Translations under genes and position numbers: made by a program
Assembly: GCA_036479435.1 (NCBI GenBank)
Contig: JAZGFI010000010.1
Location: 1 to 17,191 of the forward strand
Reading direction: 5' to 3'
Origin: Planctomycetota bacterium
GTDB lineage: Bacteria > Planctomycetota > GCA-002687715 > DRQF01
Length of the DNA: 17,191 bases
Shown here: one piece after another, positions 7,633-15,750 of the stretch
Layout of the letters: each line of letters starts with the position of its first letter
Numbering within the stretch: the stretch's first letter is position 1
The notes under the pieces: generated by a model
Seen by the model: the letters and a program-made list of their open reading frames with translations, nothing else
What the model was told of the DNA's origin: nothing
Databases searched by the model: none

Positions 7633-8256
7633 TTAGGTGTCGCGAGTCCAAACCCAAGTCGACATCCAACGGCGATTTTGGACGTTAACGGTCTTGATTG
7701 GGTCGGCGATGGTGGCCTTTAGACGCTGAGTTCGATCCAATAGAAACTCAAGGTCAACGAGGAAGTACTCCGTCTCGTCCGGGAAGCGACGCCAGCGCTC
7801 ACCCTTGCCACCAACGTGGGGCAACTCGACTTCGACCCCGATGTCAGAGGCGAGACGACAGAACGCACGCCCCCCGGGCCGAAGCAGATCGCGCAGTTTG
7901 TGGATCATGACATCGAAGTGTTCGACGTCGCGCGCGAAGTGCAGGACAGCGTTGCAAATGATGAAGTCGAAACTGGAGTTCTCAAACTCTAAGTCCTCGA
8001 TGGGCTCGCAACGAAAGTGCTCGTCATCGGCAACGCCGATCTCGTTCATGGCCACGGCCTTCGCATCAGCCAAGGCATCTTGGTTGGGATCGTTGGCCCA
8101 AACCTCAAACCCGTGGCGCAAAAAATAGGTCAGGTTTCGTCCCCGGCCACAGCCCGCATCGAGAATCCTCGCCGGTGGCCTGACGTGTCCCCGGTGTATC
8201 TGGTCAAAAAGATAGATGTCTAGATTGCCAAGCTCAGTGCGTAAATCCACCCCCAT
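7633..8256 (-). CDS. Class I SAM-dependent methyltransferase
   Basis: Motif I RILDAGCGRGRN, post-I VWAND, motif II FDFIICNAVLHF and LLRPGG. Starts 4 nt after the permease stop. Confidence 0.9.
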   Translation of the reverse strand: MGVDLRTELGNLDIYLFDQIHRGHVRPPARILDAGCGRGRNLTYFLRHGFEVWANDPNQDALADAKAVAMNEIGVADDEHFRCEPIEDLEFENSSFDFIICNAVLHFARDVEHFDVMIHKLRDLLRPGGRAFCRLASDIGVEVELPHVGGKGERWRRFPDETEYFLVDLEFLLDRTQRLKATIADPIKTVNVQNRRWMSTWVWTRDT

Positions 8257-8260
8257 CAGA

Positions 8261-9535
8261 CTACTCGCGGCCCAGGGCCGTGATGGGATCCATCATCGCC
8301 GCCCGGCGAGCGGGGTAAAGCCCAAAGAGCACTCCGGTCACACAGGAGATCCCCAACGAGAGAGTGACCGCCCAAGGGGTCACGACCGTATCCCAGCCGG
8401 TGACACGCTCTAAGATGTAAGTTCCGCCGATGCCAACGCCAACCCCGATAATGCCGCCCACCACCGTCAAGGTCACCGTTTCGACCAAAAACTGAGCAGT
8501 GATGTCTAGCCGCGTGGCGCCGATCGCTCGGCGGATACCGATTTCGCGAGTTCGTTCGGTGATGCTCGCCAGCATGATGTTGAGAACACCAATGCCACCG
8601 ACGAGCAGCGAAATGCCGGCGATGATCGGCAAGACGAGATTAAAGACTTTCTGCGTCTTCTCGCTCGACTCGAGCAGCTCCAAAGGAACGGTGGTCTGGT
8701 AGTCCTTTTTGGGATGAAACTTCTTCATGATCGCTTTGATGCACCGAGCCGTTTGCAGAACTTCCTCTTTCGATTCGACTTGGCAGACGATCTGATTGAG
8801 TTCGACTCGAGTACGCTCGGATGATCCCGACTGGCGATTGAAACTCTCTAGACCGAAGCGACTGATAACCGATTCGAAGGGGACGTAGACTTCGAGCGCA
8901 CGATCATCAATTCCGAGTACCGCCTTGTTGGGACTGTGAAAGGCGTAGTCCGGCAACAGCCCCACAACGCGATAAAACTGAGTTCCGATTCGCAAGTCCA
9001 GCTTCAAAGGGTCTCCAAGGTAGCGAGCTTGACGTAAAAGGCCCGCGCGGACCACGCAAACTCGTCTTTGCTCAAGGGCATCCACTTCCGATAGCGCACG
9101 CCCGAAAAAGACCTTCAAGTTCAAGGTCTCAAAATACTCCGGAGTGACGCCCCGAACCTTGGCCTCCAGCCGCCGGCTCTTGAACCATATCCACTGCTTG
9201 ACGTCGTGGACGGGCAGAACTCGTACGACCGTTGGCAAGGTCTTTCGAATCTGATCGGCATCGCGAAAGGTCAGCCCGTAGCGCAAAACTCGGCTCGTCG
9301 ACGTCTCCCGCACATCGTCTGACACTGGCGGTTTCTTGGCATTGATAATGATGTTCCGAATGCCGAGCTCACCGATCTGCGACAGGATCTCACGCTTGGC
9401 GCCTTCGCCGGTCGAAACCATCGACATCACCGAAGCAATCCCGAAAATGATTCCGAGAGCCGTCAGGAACGACCGCAGCTTGTGCCGCGCGAGGTTTTTC
9501 ATCGACTCGATGATCAGTTCAAAGTACATGATCAC
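8261..9535 (-). CDS. ABC transporter permease, MacB/FtsX family
   Basis: [18 protein letters not shown]; large periplasmic domain; [51 protein letters not shown]. Start is GTG 9535 (GTGA overlap) or ATG 9529. Confidence 0.95.
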   Translation of the reverse strand: MIMYFELIIESMKNLARHKLRSFLTALGIIFGIASVMSMVSTGEGAKREILSQIGELGIRNIIINAKKPPVSDDVRETSTSRVLRYGLTFRDADQIRKTLPTVVRVLPVHDVKQWIWFKSRRLEAKVRGVTPEYFETLNLKVFFGRALSEVDALEQRRVCVVRAGLLRQARYLGDPLKLDLRIGTQFYRVVGLLPDYAFHSPNKAVLGIDDRALEVYVPFESVISRFGLESFNRQSGSSERTRVELNQIVCQVESKEEVLQTARCIKAIMKKFHPKKDYQTTVPLELLESSEKTQKVFNLVLPIIAGISLLVGGIGVLNIMLASITERTREIGIRRAIGATRLDITAQFLVETVTLTVVGGIIGVGVGIGGTYILERVTGWDTVVTPWAVTLSLGISCVTGVLFGLYPARRAAMMDPITALGRE

Positions 9536-10239
9536 GAAGCGAACTCGGTGCGGGATTCACTGCTGCCAATAAGCCCGTCGCGAATCGTAACGCGCCTCGG
9601 CGCGGATTCGGCGATCTCCATGTCGTGCGTGATCATCACGATGGTCGCGCCGCCGTCGTGCAGCTCGGCAAAAAGCCGCATGATCTCAGCTGAGGTCGCG
9701 GTATCGAGGTTACCAGTCGGCTCATCCGCAAGCAGTAAATCGGGATCATTGGAGAGCGCACGCGCGACGGCGACGCGCTGTTTTTCACCGCCGGAAAGTT
9801 GATTGGGGCGATGCGTCATGCGGTGACTGAGCCCCACTCGCTCGATCAGCTTGCGGCACTTCTCTCGTCGGCGCCCTTTCGGCATTCTCGCGTAGAACAA
9901 TGGCAACTCGATGTTCTCAATGACCGTGAGGTGGGACACTAGTTGGAAGGACTGAAAGATGAAGCCAATGCGCCGATTCCGAATGCGCGAGAGTTTGTCG
10001 TCATCGAACTTGGCGACGTCCTCTCCAACAAATCGATAGGCACCGGAAGTCGGTCGATCGAGGCAGCCCAAGATGTTCAGCAAGGTCGATTTCCCTGACC
10101 CTGATGGCCCCACAATCGCCAGAAACTCGCGAGGCTCCACGATGAGATTGACGCCGTGCAGCACTTCAATCTCGTCATCGACAGTCCCGTAGCTCTTGAC
10201 GATCTGATCGAGCTCAATGATGTGCGGTTCGGCCGGCAT
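9532..10239 (-). CDS. ABC transporter ATP-binding protein, MacB/LolD family
   Basis: Walker [11 protein letters not shown]-loop FIFQSF, signature LSGGEKQR, Walker [13 protein letters not shown] and H-loop ITHD. Confidence 0.96.
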   Translation of the reverse strand: MPAEPHIIELDQIVKSYGTVDDEIEVLHGVNLIVEPREFLAIVGPSGSGKSTLLNILGCLDRPTSGAYRFVGEDVAKFDDDKLSRIRNRRIGFIFQSFQLVSHLTVIENIELPLFYARMPKGRRREKCRKLIERVGLSHRMTHRPNQLSGGEKQRVAVARALSNDPDLLLADEPTGNLDTATSAEIMRLFAELHDGGATIVMITHDMEIAESAPRRVTIRDGLIGSSESRTEFAS

Positions 10240-10241
10240 CC

Positions 10242-11804
10242 TTAGTTTTTGGGAGCCGCCGCAGGTTTACCCCTGCCGCTCGCTCCCCCGCCCGCTTTGT
10301 CGCCTTCATCGTCGTCGTCTTTTTTGGAGTCGTCAGACTCCGCGTCGGATGCCGACCCAAGATCCGGGTTGTACATCAAGACCTTGTCACCTTCCCCGAC
10401 CCCCTCGATGATTTCCATGAAGGTATCGTTGCTCTGACCGACCTCAATCTTTCGCTTCTCGATAGAGCCGCCGGACTTGCTCACGTGGCAAAAGTGCTTG
10501 CCTTCCTCGAGAAACACCGATTGCAAGGGTACATAGAGCACGTCATTGCGAGCGGCGATGTGAATCTCAGCCTTGGCGCTGATACCAGGTTTATAGGTTT
10601 TGCCTTCTTCTTGCTCCAAAGTCATCAGCACGTCGAACTTCTTCACCTCACCGCTCGACCGTTGTCCGGAGGAATTGGCGATAGCGGCGATCTTTGTAAC
10701 CGTACCCTTGAGCACGACGCCGGGATAAGTGTCCATGGTCACCGTTGCGATCTGGCCGATCTTGATCTTGTTGATGTCCGCCTCGTGAATCGCGAGTTTG
10801 ACTTGCATCACTCGCAGATCGGGGATGGTGAATATTGTATTGCCGCCCCAAATCTCCCCGCCGATCTTGATTCGGTCCGCCATCCAACGATTCCGTGGAT
10901 CACCATAGATCAAGATGCCCGGGCAGGGCGCCGTCATCACCATCTTGCCAATGGCTTCCTTTCGGTCGTCGAGGCGCTTGTTGTATCGCTTCAACTGCTT
11001 TTCGTTTTGGGTGACGCGAACGCTCTTCTGCAGGGCCTTCGATTCGTTTCTTTTCCGGACCGACGAGAGTTCGCGGCGACCATCCTTGAGGGTGGTTTTT
11101 TTGTCCTTGGTCGTCATCGGGAAGGTGTACTTCTCGAACATGGCCAAGTCGTTTTTCGCGCCCTCAAGCTGCACTTCGGAACGCTCGAACTCAATCTTGT
11201 CGTTCTCGAGCTCAGTTTTTTTGATGTAGTCCTCGGTCATCAGACGCTCAGAATCTTGGAGGCGCTTCTGCGCCTTTTTGTGATTCGTCTCAGCGTCTTT
11301 GATGGCGATCAGAAACTTACGTCTCTCGTGAGGCGCGTCGCCAAAGGTGTAGCGTTCGAGTTCCTTCTCCGCCTTTTCAACGGCAATCTTCGCCTTCTCG
11401 AGGGCGCCCTCGTTTTCGCTCACCTGAATCTCAACTTCAGTGCGCGCTGACTTGAGATTGGCTTCAGCCTGAACGATGTCGAGTTCTGCTTGTTCGAGGG
11501 CAACCTGGATACTCTTCATATCCATTTTGCAGAGCACTTCGCCCACTTTGACTTCCTTGCCCTCTTCAACCAAAAAAACAATCTTCCCCTCCCATTCGGC
11601 CTCGAAGTTGACTTTCTTCGAGTCCTTCGCCATCAAGGTGCCGTTCTCGGTGATGGAGATCTTCAGGTCGCCACGCCTTACGGTGTAAAGGCCCGACCCC
11701 GAGTTGGATGCATCATCGCCCTTGGCGCTCTGAATCCGATCGTAGGCGTAATAGCCGCCGCCAACGATGGCGACCGCGATGAGGAGGAAGAGGATTTTCT
11801 TCAT
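10242..11804 (-). CDS. Periplasmic adaptor / membrane fusion protein (MacA/HlyD family) with long coiled coil
   Basis: Start ATG 11804 (MKKILFLLIAVAIVGGG), overlapping the TolC stop as TAATG. Lipoyl halves LVEEGKEVKVGEVL and MTAPCPG, beta-barrel EADINKIKIGQ, KPGISAKAEI, VPLQSV and GVGEGDKV. Acidic/Gly-rich tail. Confidence 0.92.
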   Translation of the reverse strand: MKKILFLLIAVAIVGGGYYAYDRIQSAKGDDASNSGSGLYTVRRGDLKISITENGTLMAKDSKKVNFEAEWEGKIVFLVEEGKEVKVGEVLCKMDMKSIQVALEQAELDIVQAEANLKSARTEVEIQVSENEGALEKAKIAVEKAEKELERYTFGDAPHERRKFLIAIKDAETNHKKAQKRLQDSERLMTEDYIKKTELENDKIEFERSEVQLEGAKNDLAMFEKYTFPMTTKDKKTTLKDGRRELSSVRKRNESKALQKSVRVTQNEKQLKRYNKRLDDRKEAIGKMVMTAPCPGILIYGDPRNRWMADRIKIGGEIWGGNTIFTIPDLRVMQVKLAIHEADINKIKIGQIATVTMDTYPGVVLKGTVTKIAAIANSSGQRSSGEVKKFDVLMTLEQEEGKTYKPGISAKAEIHIAARNDVLYVPLQSVFLEEGKHFCHVSKSGGSIEKRKIEVGQSNDTFMEIIEGVGEGDKVLMYNPDLGSASDAESDDSKKDDDDEGDKAGGGASGRGKPAAAPKN

Positions 11805-13387
11805 TACTCGACCCACTTTCCTTGTTTGTCAATGAACAATAGTCCGAGATCCCTTAAGAGCTGGAGGCGACCAATAAAATGCTGCACTTTGAGCCGAATG
11901 AGCTGGTTTTCGGCGTCGATCAGAGCTTGGCGAGCATCGAGAAGATCGCGGTTGTCGAGCTCGCCAGCTTCGTAGCGAATCTGACTTACGGCGACAGCGC
12001 GCATTTCTTGCGTAATTTGCTGTCCCTGCAACTCAATTCGCGACTCTTGACTCTGCAGCTGGCGAATCTGATCGCGAATACTCAATGAGAGTCGATCCAG
12101 GGTCAATGTCAAGTTCCGTTTTGACTGTTCGAGACTGAGCAAGGTCGAACGATAGCTGTTGCGCGCTGCCTTTTGCTGCAATGGAATCGTGAGGGAAATA
12201 CCCGCCGAGTACGAATAGTCGTCCTTGAGTGACCTTCCAAACGTCGTGTCAGACCCGCCGAGTCCGGCGCTGACGTCCAAGTTCAGGTCTGGCCGAAGGC
12301 CATCCTCAGAGATACGGAGCGCACGGATCGCATCCTGAAGCTGATCGCGTGTCGTGTGGATATCCAAACGGTTGTGCTGGGCGGCCTTCACGGCGGATTC
12401 AACATCGAGCCGCACCGATTCAAACGGCGGTTGGGCGTCCACGATGATGATTTTCTGCTCGAGGGGGAGCCCCAAGGTGATCTTGAACTCGTCTACCGCT
12501 CTATCGTAGTCGGCACGCGCATTGATGACCGAGTTTTCAGAGTCGATTGCTCGGCGTTGAGCCAAGAACACATCTTGGTCGGTCGCCCGGTCAACGCTTC
12601 TAATGGCGACGGCTTTTTTGCGGTCGAGTTCGGCTTCGTCGTAGCGTTTCTCTTCGTTCGCCAGAGTTTCTTTTTGGCCGACGAGGTCGAAATAGTTGCG
12701 CGCGACCATGATCGAGAAATCCTCTCGAAATAACTCGAAGTCGCGAATGTCGTAAACCAAGCTTCTCTGCGCCTGGGTCAAGGACTCATGAGAGACCTCG
12801 TATCCAAAGCCCCGCAACAAAGGCTGCGAGAGCGCAACACCGGCTGAACTACCAAAAGAATTTTGCCCGCTCGAGATGCCGCCTTCAGGCCAAGTACCCG
12901 AAACTGAAGACGTGAACGACAGCGTTCCGCCGGTGGGGAGAATCTGGCTGACATTGAAATTGGCCGAGGAATTGTGAGCACCGACGGCAGCCTCGGAATC
13001 GTTGTAGATGTAGGAGATCGTTGAACTGACCAGCGGACCAAAGTTGAATCGAGTCAGCGAAAACCCGAGTCCCGACAGGAAAAGAGACTCTTTGCGACTG
13101 AGGTAGCCACGGTTGAACTGAACCGCAGTTTGCAGGGCTTTGTTGAGGTCGACCCGAATCATCGGCTTGTTGCTGGCGAACTCGGCCACCTTGGCGTTTT
13201 CGCCCTCACTCAGTTTTCGGGGGCGAATGACATGGTCTTTGCGCGCTCCCAAGACCTCCAAAGTCCTCACGTCGAGAATCTCCGCGACCTCTCGATCCGC
13301 GTCGCGGGCGTAGCGAGAGCCAGAGCAGGCGACGGTCATCAGGACCAAAATCGCGGCAATACCAAAAGCTAGGTAGGCGGCGCGCAA
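11804..13387 (-). CDS. TolC-family outer membrane efflux protein (probably a lipoprotein)
   Basis: Likely TTG start at 13387 after GAGGGAG; signal LRAAYLAFGIAAILVLMTVA-C. OEP features: LSQPLLRGFG, LRPDLNL, GISLTIPL, RYEAGE...DLLDARQAL. The ORF track extends to 13507. Confidence 0.88.
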   Translation of the reverse strand: MRAAYLAFGIAAILVLMTVACSGSRYARDADREVAEILDVRTLEVLGARKDHVIRPRKLSEGENAKVAEFASNKPMIRVDLNKALQTAVQFNRGYLSRKESLFLSGLGFSLTRFNFGPLVSSTISYIYNDSEAAVGAHNSSANFNVSQILPTGGTLSFTSSVSGTWPEGGISSGQNSFGSSAGVALSQPLLRGFGYEVSHESLTQAQRSLVYDIRDFELFREDFSIMVARNYFDLVGQKETLANEEKRYDEAELDRKKAVAIRSVDRATDQDVFLAQRRAIDSENSVINARADYDRAVDEFKITLGLPLEQKIIIVDAQPPFESVRLDVESAVKAAQHNRLDIHTTRDQLQDAIRALRISEDGLRPDLNLDVSAGLGGSDTTFGRSLKDDYSYSAGISLTIPLQQKAARNSYRSTLLSLEQSKRNLTLTLDRLSLSIRDQIRQLQSQESRIELQGQQITQEMRAVAVSQIRYEAGELDNRDLLDARQALIDAENQLIRLKVQHFIGRLQLLRDLGLLFIDKQGKWVE

Positions 13388-13688
13388 CTCGATACTCTCC
13401 CTCAATAGAGTCTGGCAGCGAAGGCTAACGAGTCCGCTGCAGCGGAACCCAGGCCTTAAGCGGCATGCCCTCTGCCGGTCTGACGGTTCAAATGGACCGG
13501 CAGCCACGCAGAAATCCGATTTTTTTTAGGCTCTCCACTGACGTGAGAGGCAAAGCATGATTTCGGCAAAAAAAAAAGGAATGTGGCGGGCCGATAAACT
13601 CGCGAGACAACAGCTGCTGCCCCACCGGGCAAATGGAAATGGCGTGGCCATGTTGGCTGGGAAGGCTTCAAACGGCATTTCCGCGACT

Positions 13689-14153
13689 TCAACGCATCTG
13701 AGGGTGGTCTTTGTAGATCGCCTGAATCACCTGATCTAAGGCCTGTAGATAGCGCGAGCGGTCTTTGGGCTGAAAGGGCGCGGGCCCTCCGGTTACCACG
13801 CCTTGTTCGCGCAACTCGGAGAGGATCTCTCGCTTCGCAAGCGCCTCGCCAATTTGCTCTTCACTGAAGAGCTTGCCTTTGGGCCCCAAGACCCGAGCGC
13901 CGTTCTTGATGCAGCGCGCGGCCAAGGGTATGTCGGAGGTCACCACGATGTCATCGGGCTCCACGGCTTCGACGATCCAATCGTCTGCCGCATCAAATCC
14001 GTCACTCACAACCACCAGCTTGATCGTCGATCTTTCTGGAACCGAAAGCCAAGAGTTCGCGACGACCGTTACTTTGAGTCCGAGTCTTTTGGCGACTTTG
14101 TAGGTCTCGGCTTTCACCGGGCAGGCGTCGGCGTCCAAGTAGATGTGAAGCAA
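13689..14153 (-). CDS. yaiI: YaiI/YqxD family protein (UPF0178/DUF188, PIN-like fold)
   Basis: IYLDADACPVK, GFDAADDWI, DIVVTSDIPLAARC and GGPAPF. Likely TTG start at 14153 after AAGGAG; the ORF track begins at 14243. Confidence 0.92.
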   Translation of the reverse strand: MLHIYLDADACPVKAETYKVAKRLGLKVTVVANSWLSVPERSTIKLVVVSDGFDAADDWIVEAVEPDDIVVTSDIPLAARCIKNGARVLGPKGKLFSEEQIGEALAKREILSELREQGVVTGGPAPFQPKDRSRYLQALDQVIQAIYKDHPQMR

Positions 14154-14647
14154 AAAAGCTCCTTCCCAAAAGATCACAGTAAACGACAGGTCGAGCTGAA
14201 ACTCTTCGGCGACCCGGCTCATGGCAGCGGGCAAACCCGCCAAAGAGACCGCAGAATACCGAGGTCACCTCCCGGAGTCCAAGTCGCCTGGCAGCTGACT
14301 TCGGACCAGGGTTTCAGATGTTGAGACCGGCCAAAAACCAAAAAGGTAGGCTCTCCGCGGCCTCAACTATGAAACCCTCATATGGCGCCAACGGTGGTTC
14401 ATGGCATCGAGGGTTAATCAGGGCAGCCTCCATCACGAAAACCGTGACTTCTTCGGAAGAAGTGAAGTTAAGACGGGCATTTCGATGCCAATGCCCAACA
14501 TTGAGGACTGGTTCCTTTGGACATTGAGGCGTCCCAGGGTAGGCTCCGGAAGCCGTTTCGACGTCGTTTTCGGCCATAGTCGGCCCCCAGAAAAGGGGCC
14601 TAAGTCTGAAAACTGCGGCGCACCCAACAACGCTGAGGTTTGCCAAC

Positions 14648-15750
14648 ATGAGAACGCGCCACTGGATTTCGCTCCTGATCTTTGTCTTTTGTGTCCAGGC
14701 TGCACCCCCTTCGTCAACGTCACCGCTGCGAGCGGGATTGTGGTGCCTTCGATCACGGGCGATAACTTCTAGGGCCGCGGCTCAGCATGGGATGATTTCG
14801 ATGGCGACGGCTGACTCGAACTCTATGTCGGCAACCACACCAACGACCCAAATAACACAAATCAAAATCTGCTCTATCACAACGACGGCACGGGAAACTT
14901 CAGCGACGTTTCCGCCATCAGCGGCGCCAATGCGCCCGGCGCAACACTATCGGTAATTTGGCATGACGCAGATCAAGACGGTTGGCCGGATATCCATGTC
15001 GGCAACGACAAGGGTGATACCTCTCCGCCAAATGCCCTGCTCCACAACAAACGCTTCAACTACTTTGCCGATGTGTCCCAGATTGCGCTCGCTAATGCCC
15101 CGATTGACTGCATGGGAATTACGGTCGGCGATCTGCACAACGACGGGCATTGGGACGTCTTTTTGTCGAATAAGCAACTCGGGCATGTCATGCTGGAATG
15201 GGATCCGACGCAGGGTCGCTATCTTGGACAGACGGCTTGCTACAAGGTTGCCAACAGCTACGGGCTCCAATCGCAACAAGTCGGCTGGGGAACGAGCTTC
15301 CTCGACTATGGCTGCGACGGTGTGATAGATCCGTTCATCATGCACAACAATGCCCCGAACCGCCTTTTCCGCGGCAAACCGGGGGCAGCGGCTTTCATCG
15401 ACGAGACCTTCCGCCGCAACATTCCCACCGTGATGCCCGCGGGTGAATCCCTCTGTGATCGACTACGACGACGGCGACCTCGACTTGTGGATGCCTGGGC
15501 GCATCCTTCCGCCCCAGTTGATTCAAGACCCCGGAACGGAAGGAAGCTGGCTCAAGGTCAACCTCGAAGGGATTTCGTCAATTCGGTAGGCAATTTAGGC
15601 GCCACGGGATCCGCCACCATGACTTTGTACTTGCCGCCCGTTCCGCAGCTCATCGGCTTCACGATTCACTTCGTCGCCGGCACCGGGAACCCCAGTTACG
15701 CCTGGGGCCTAAAGTCGCTCATCGCGCCCAACAAGTTCTACTTTCAATTG
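14648..15750 (+). pseudogene. Degraded secreted FG-GAP/VCBS-repeat protein (CRTAC1 / ASPIC-UnbV-like) with a planctomycete-type C-terminal module
   Basis: GAGG and ATG 14648 give the signal MRTRHWISLLIFVFCVQAA. A frameshift at the C5 run (14705-14709) leads to PFVNVTAASGI...NF*GRGSAWDDFDGDG*LELYVGN...NLLYHNDGTGNFSDVS...DADQDGWPDIHVGND...GDLHNDGHWDVFLSN...DYGCDGVIDPFI. Stops are TAG 14770-72 and TGA 14812-14. A shift at ~15455 gives IDYDDGDLDLW...SWLKVNLEG. A shift at ~15570 gives FVNSVGNLGATGSATMTLYLPPVPQLIGFTIHF...NKFYFQ. Confidence 0.8.

Noticed and set aside
10485..11450. 321-aa + strand ORF and other long antisense ORFs inside the main genes
   Set aside because: These are shadow frames of well-supported genes in GC-rich DNA and have no motifs.
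14227..14255. c-di-GMP-I riboswitch (GGGCAAACC)
   Set aside because: It lacks the GAAA tetraloop and downstream GGGACGCAAAGC-like elements, and it is on the strand opposite yaiI.
14314..14772. Overlapping short ORFs (14314-14649, 14401-14772, 14433-14756)
   Set aside because: No recognisable domains; only the last ~22 codons of 14401-14772 belong to the FG-GAP pseudogene.
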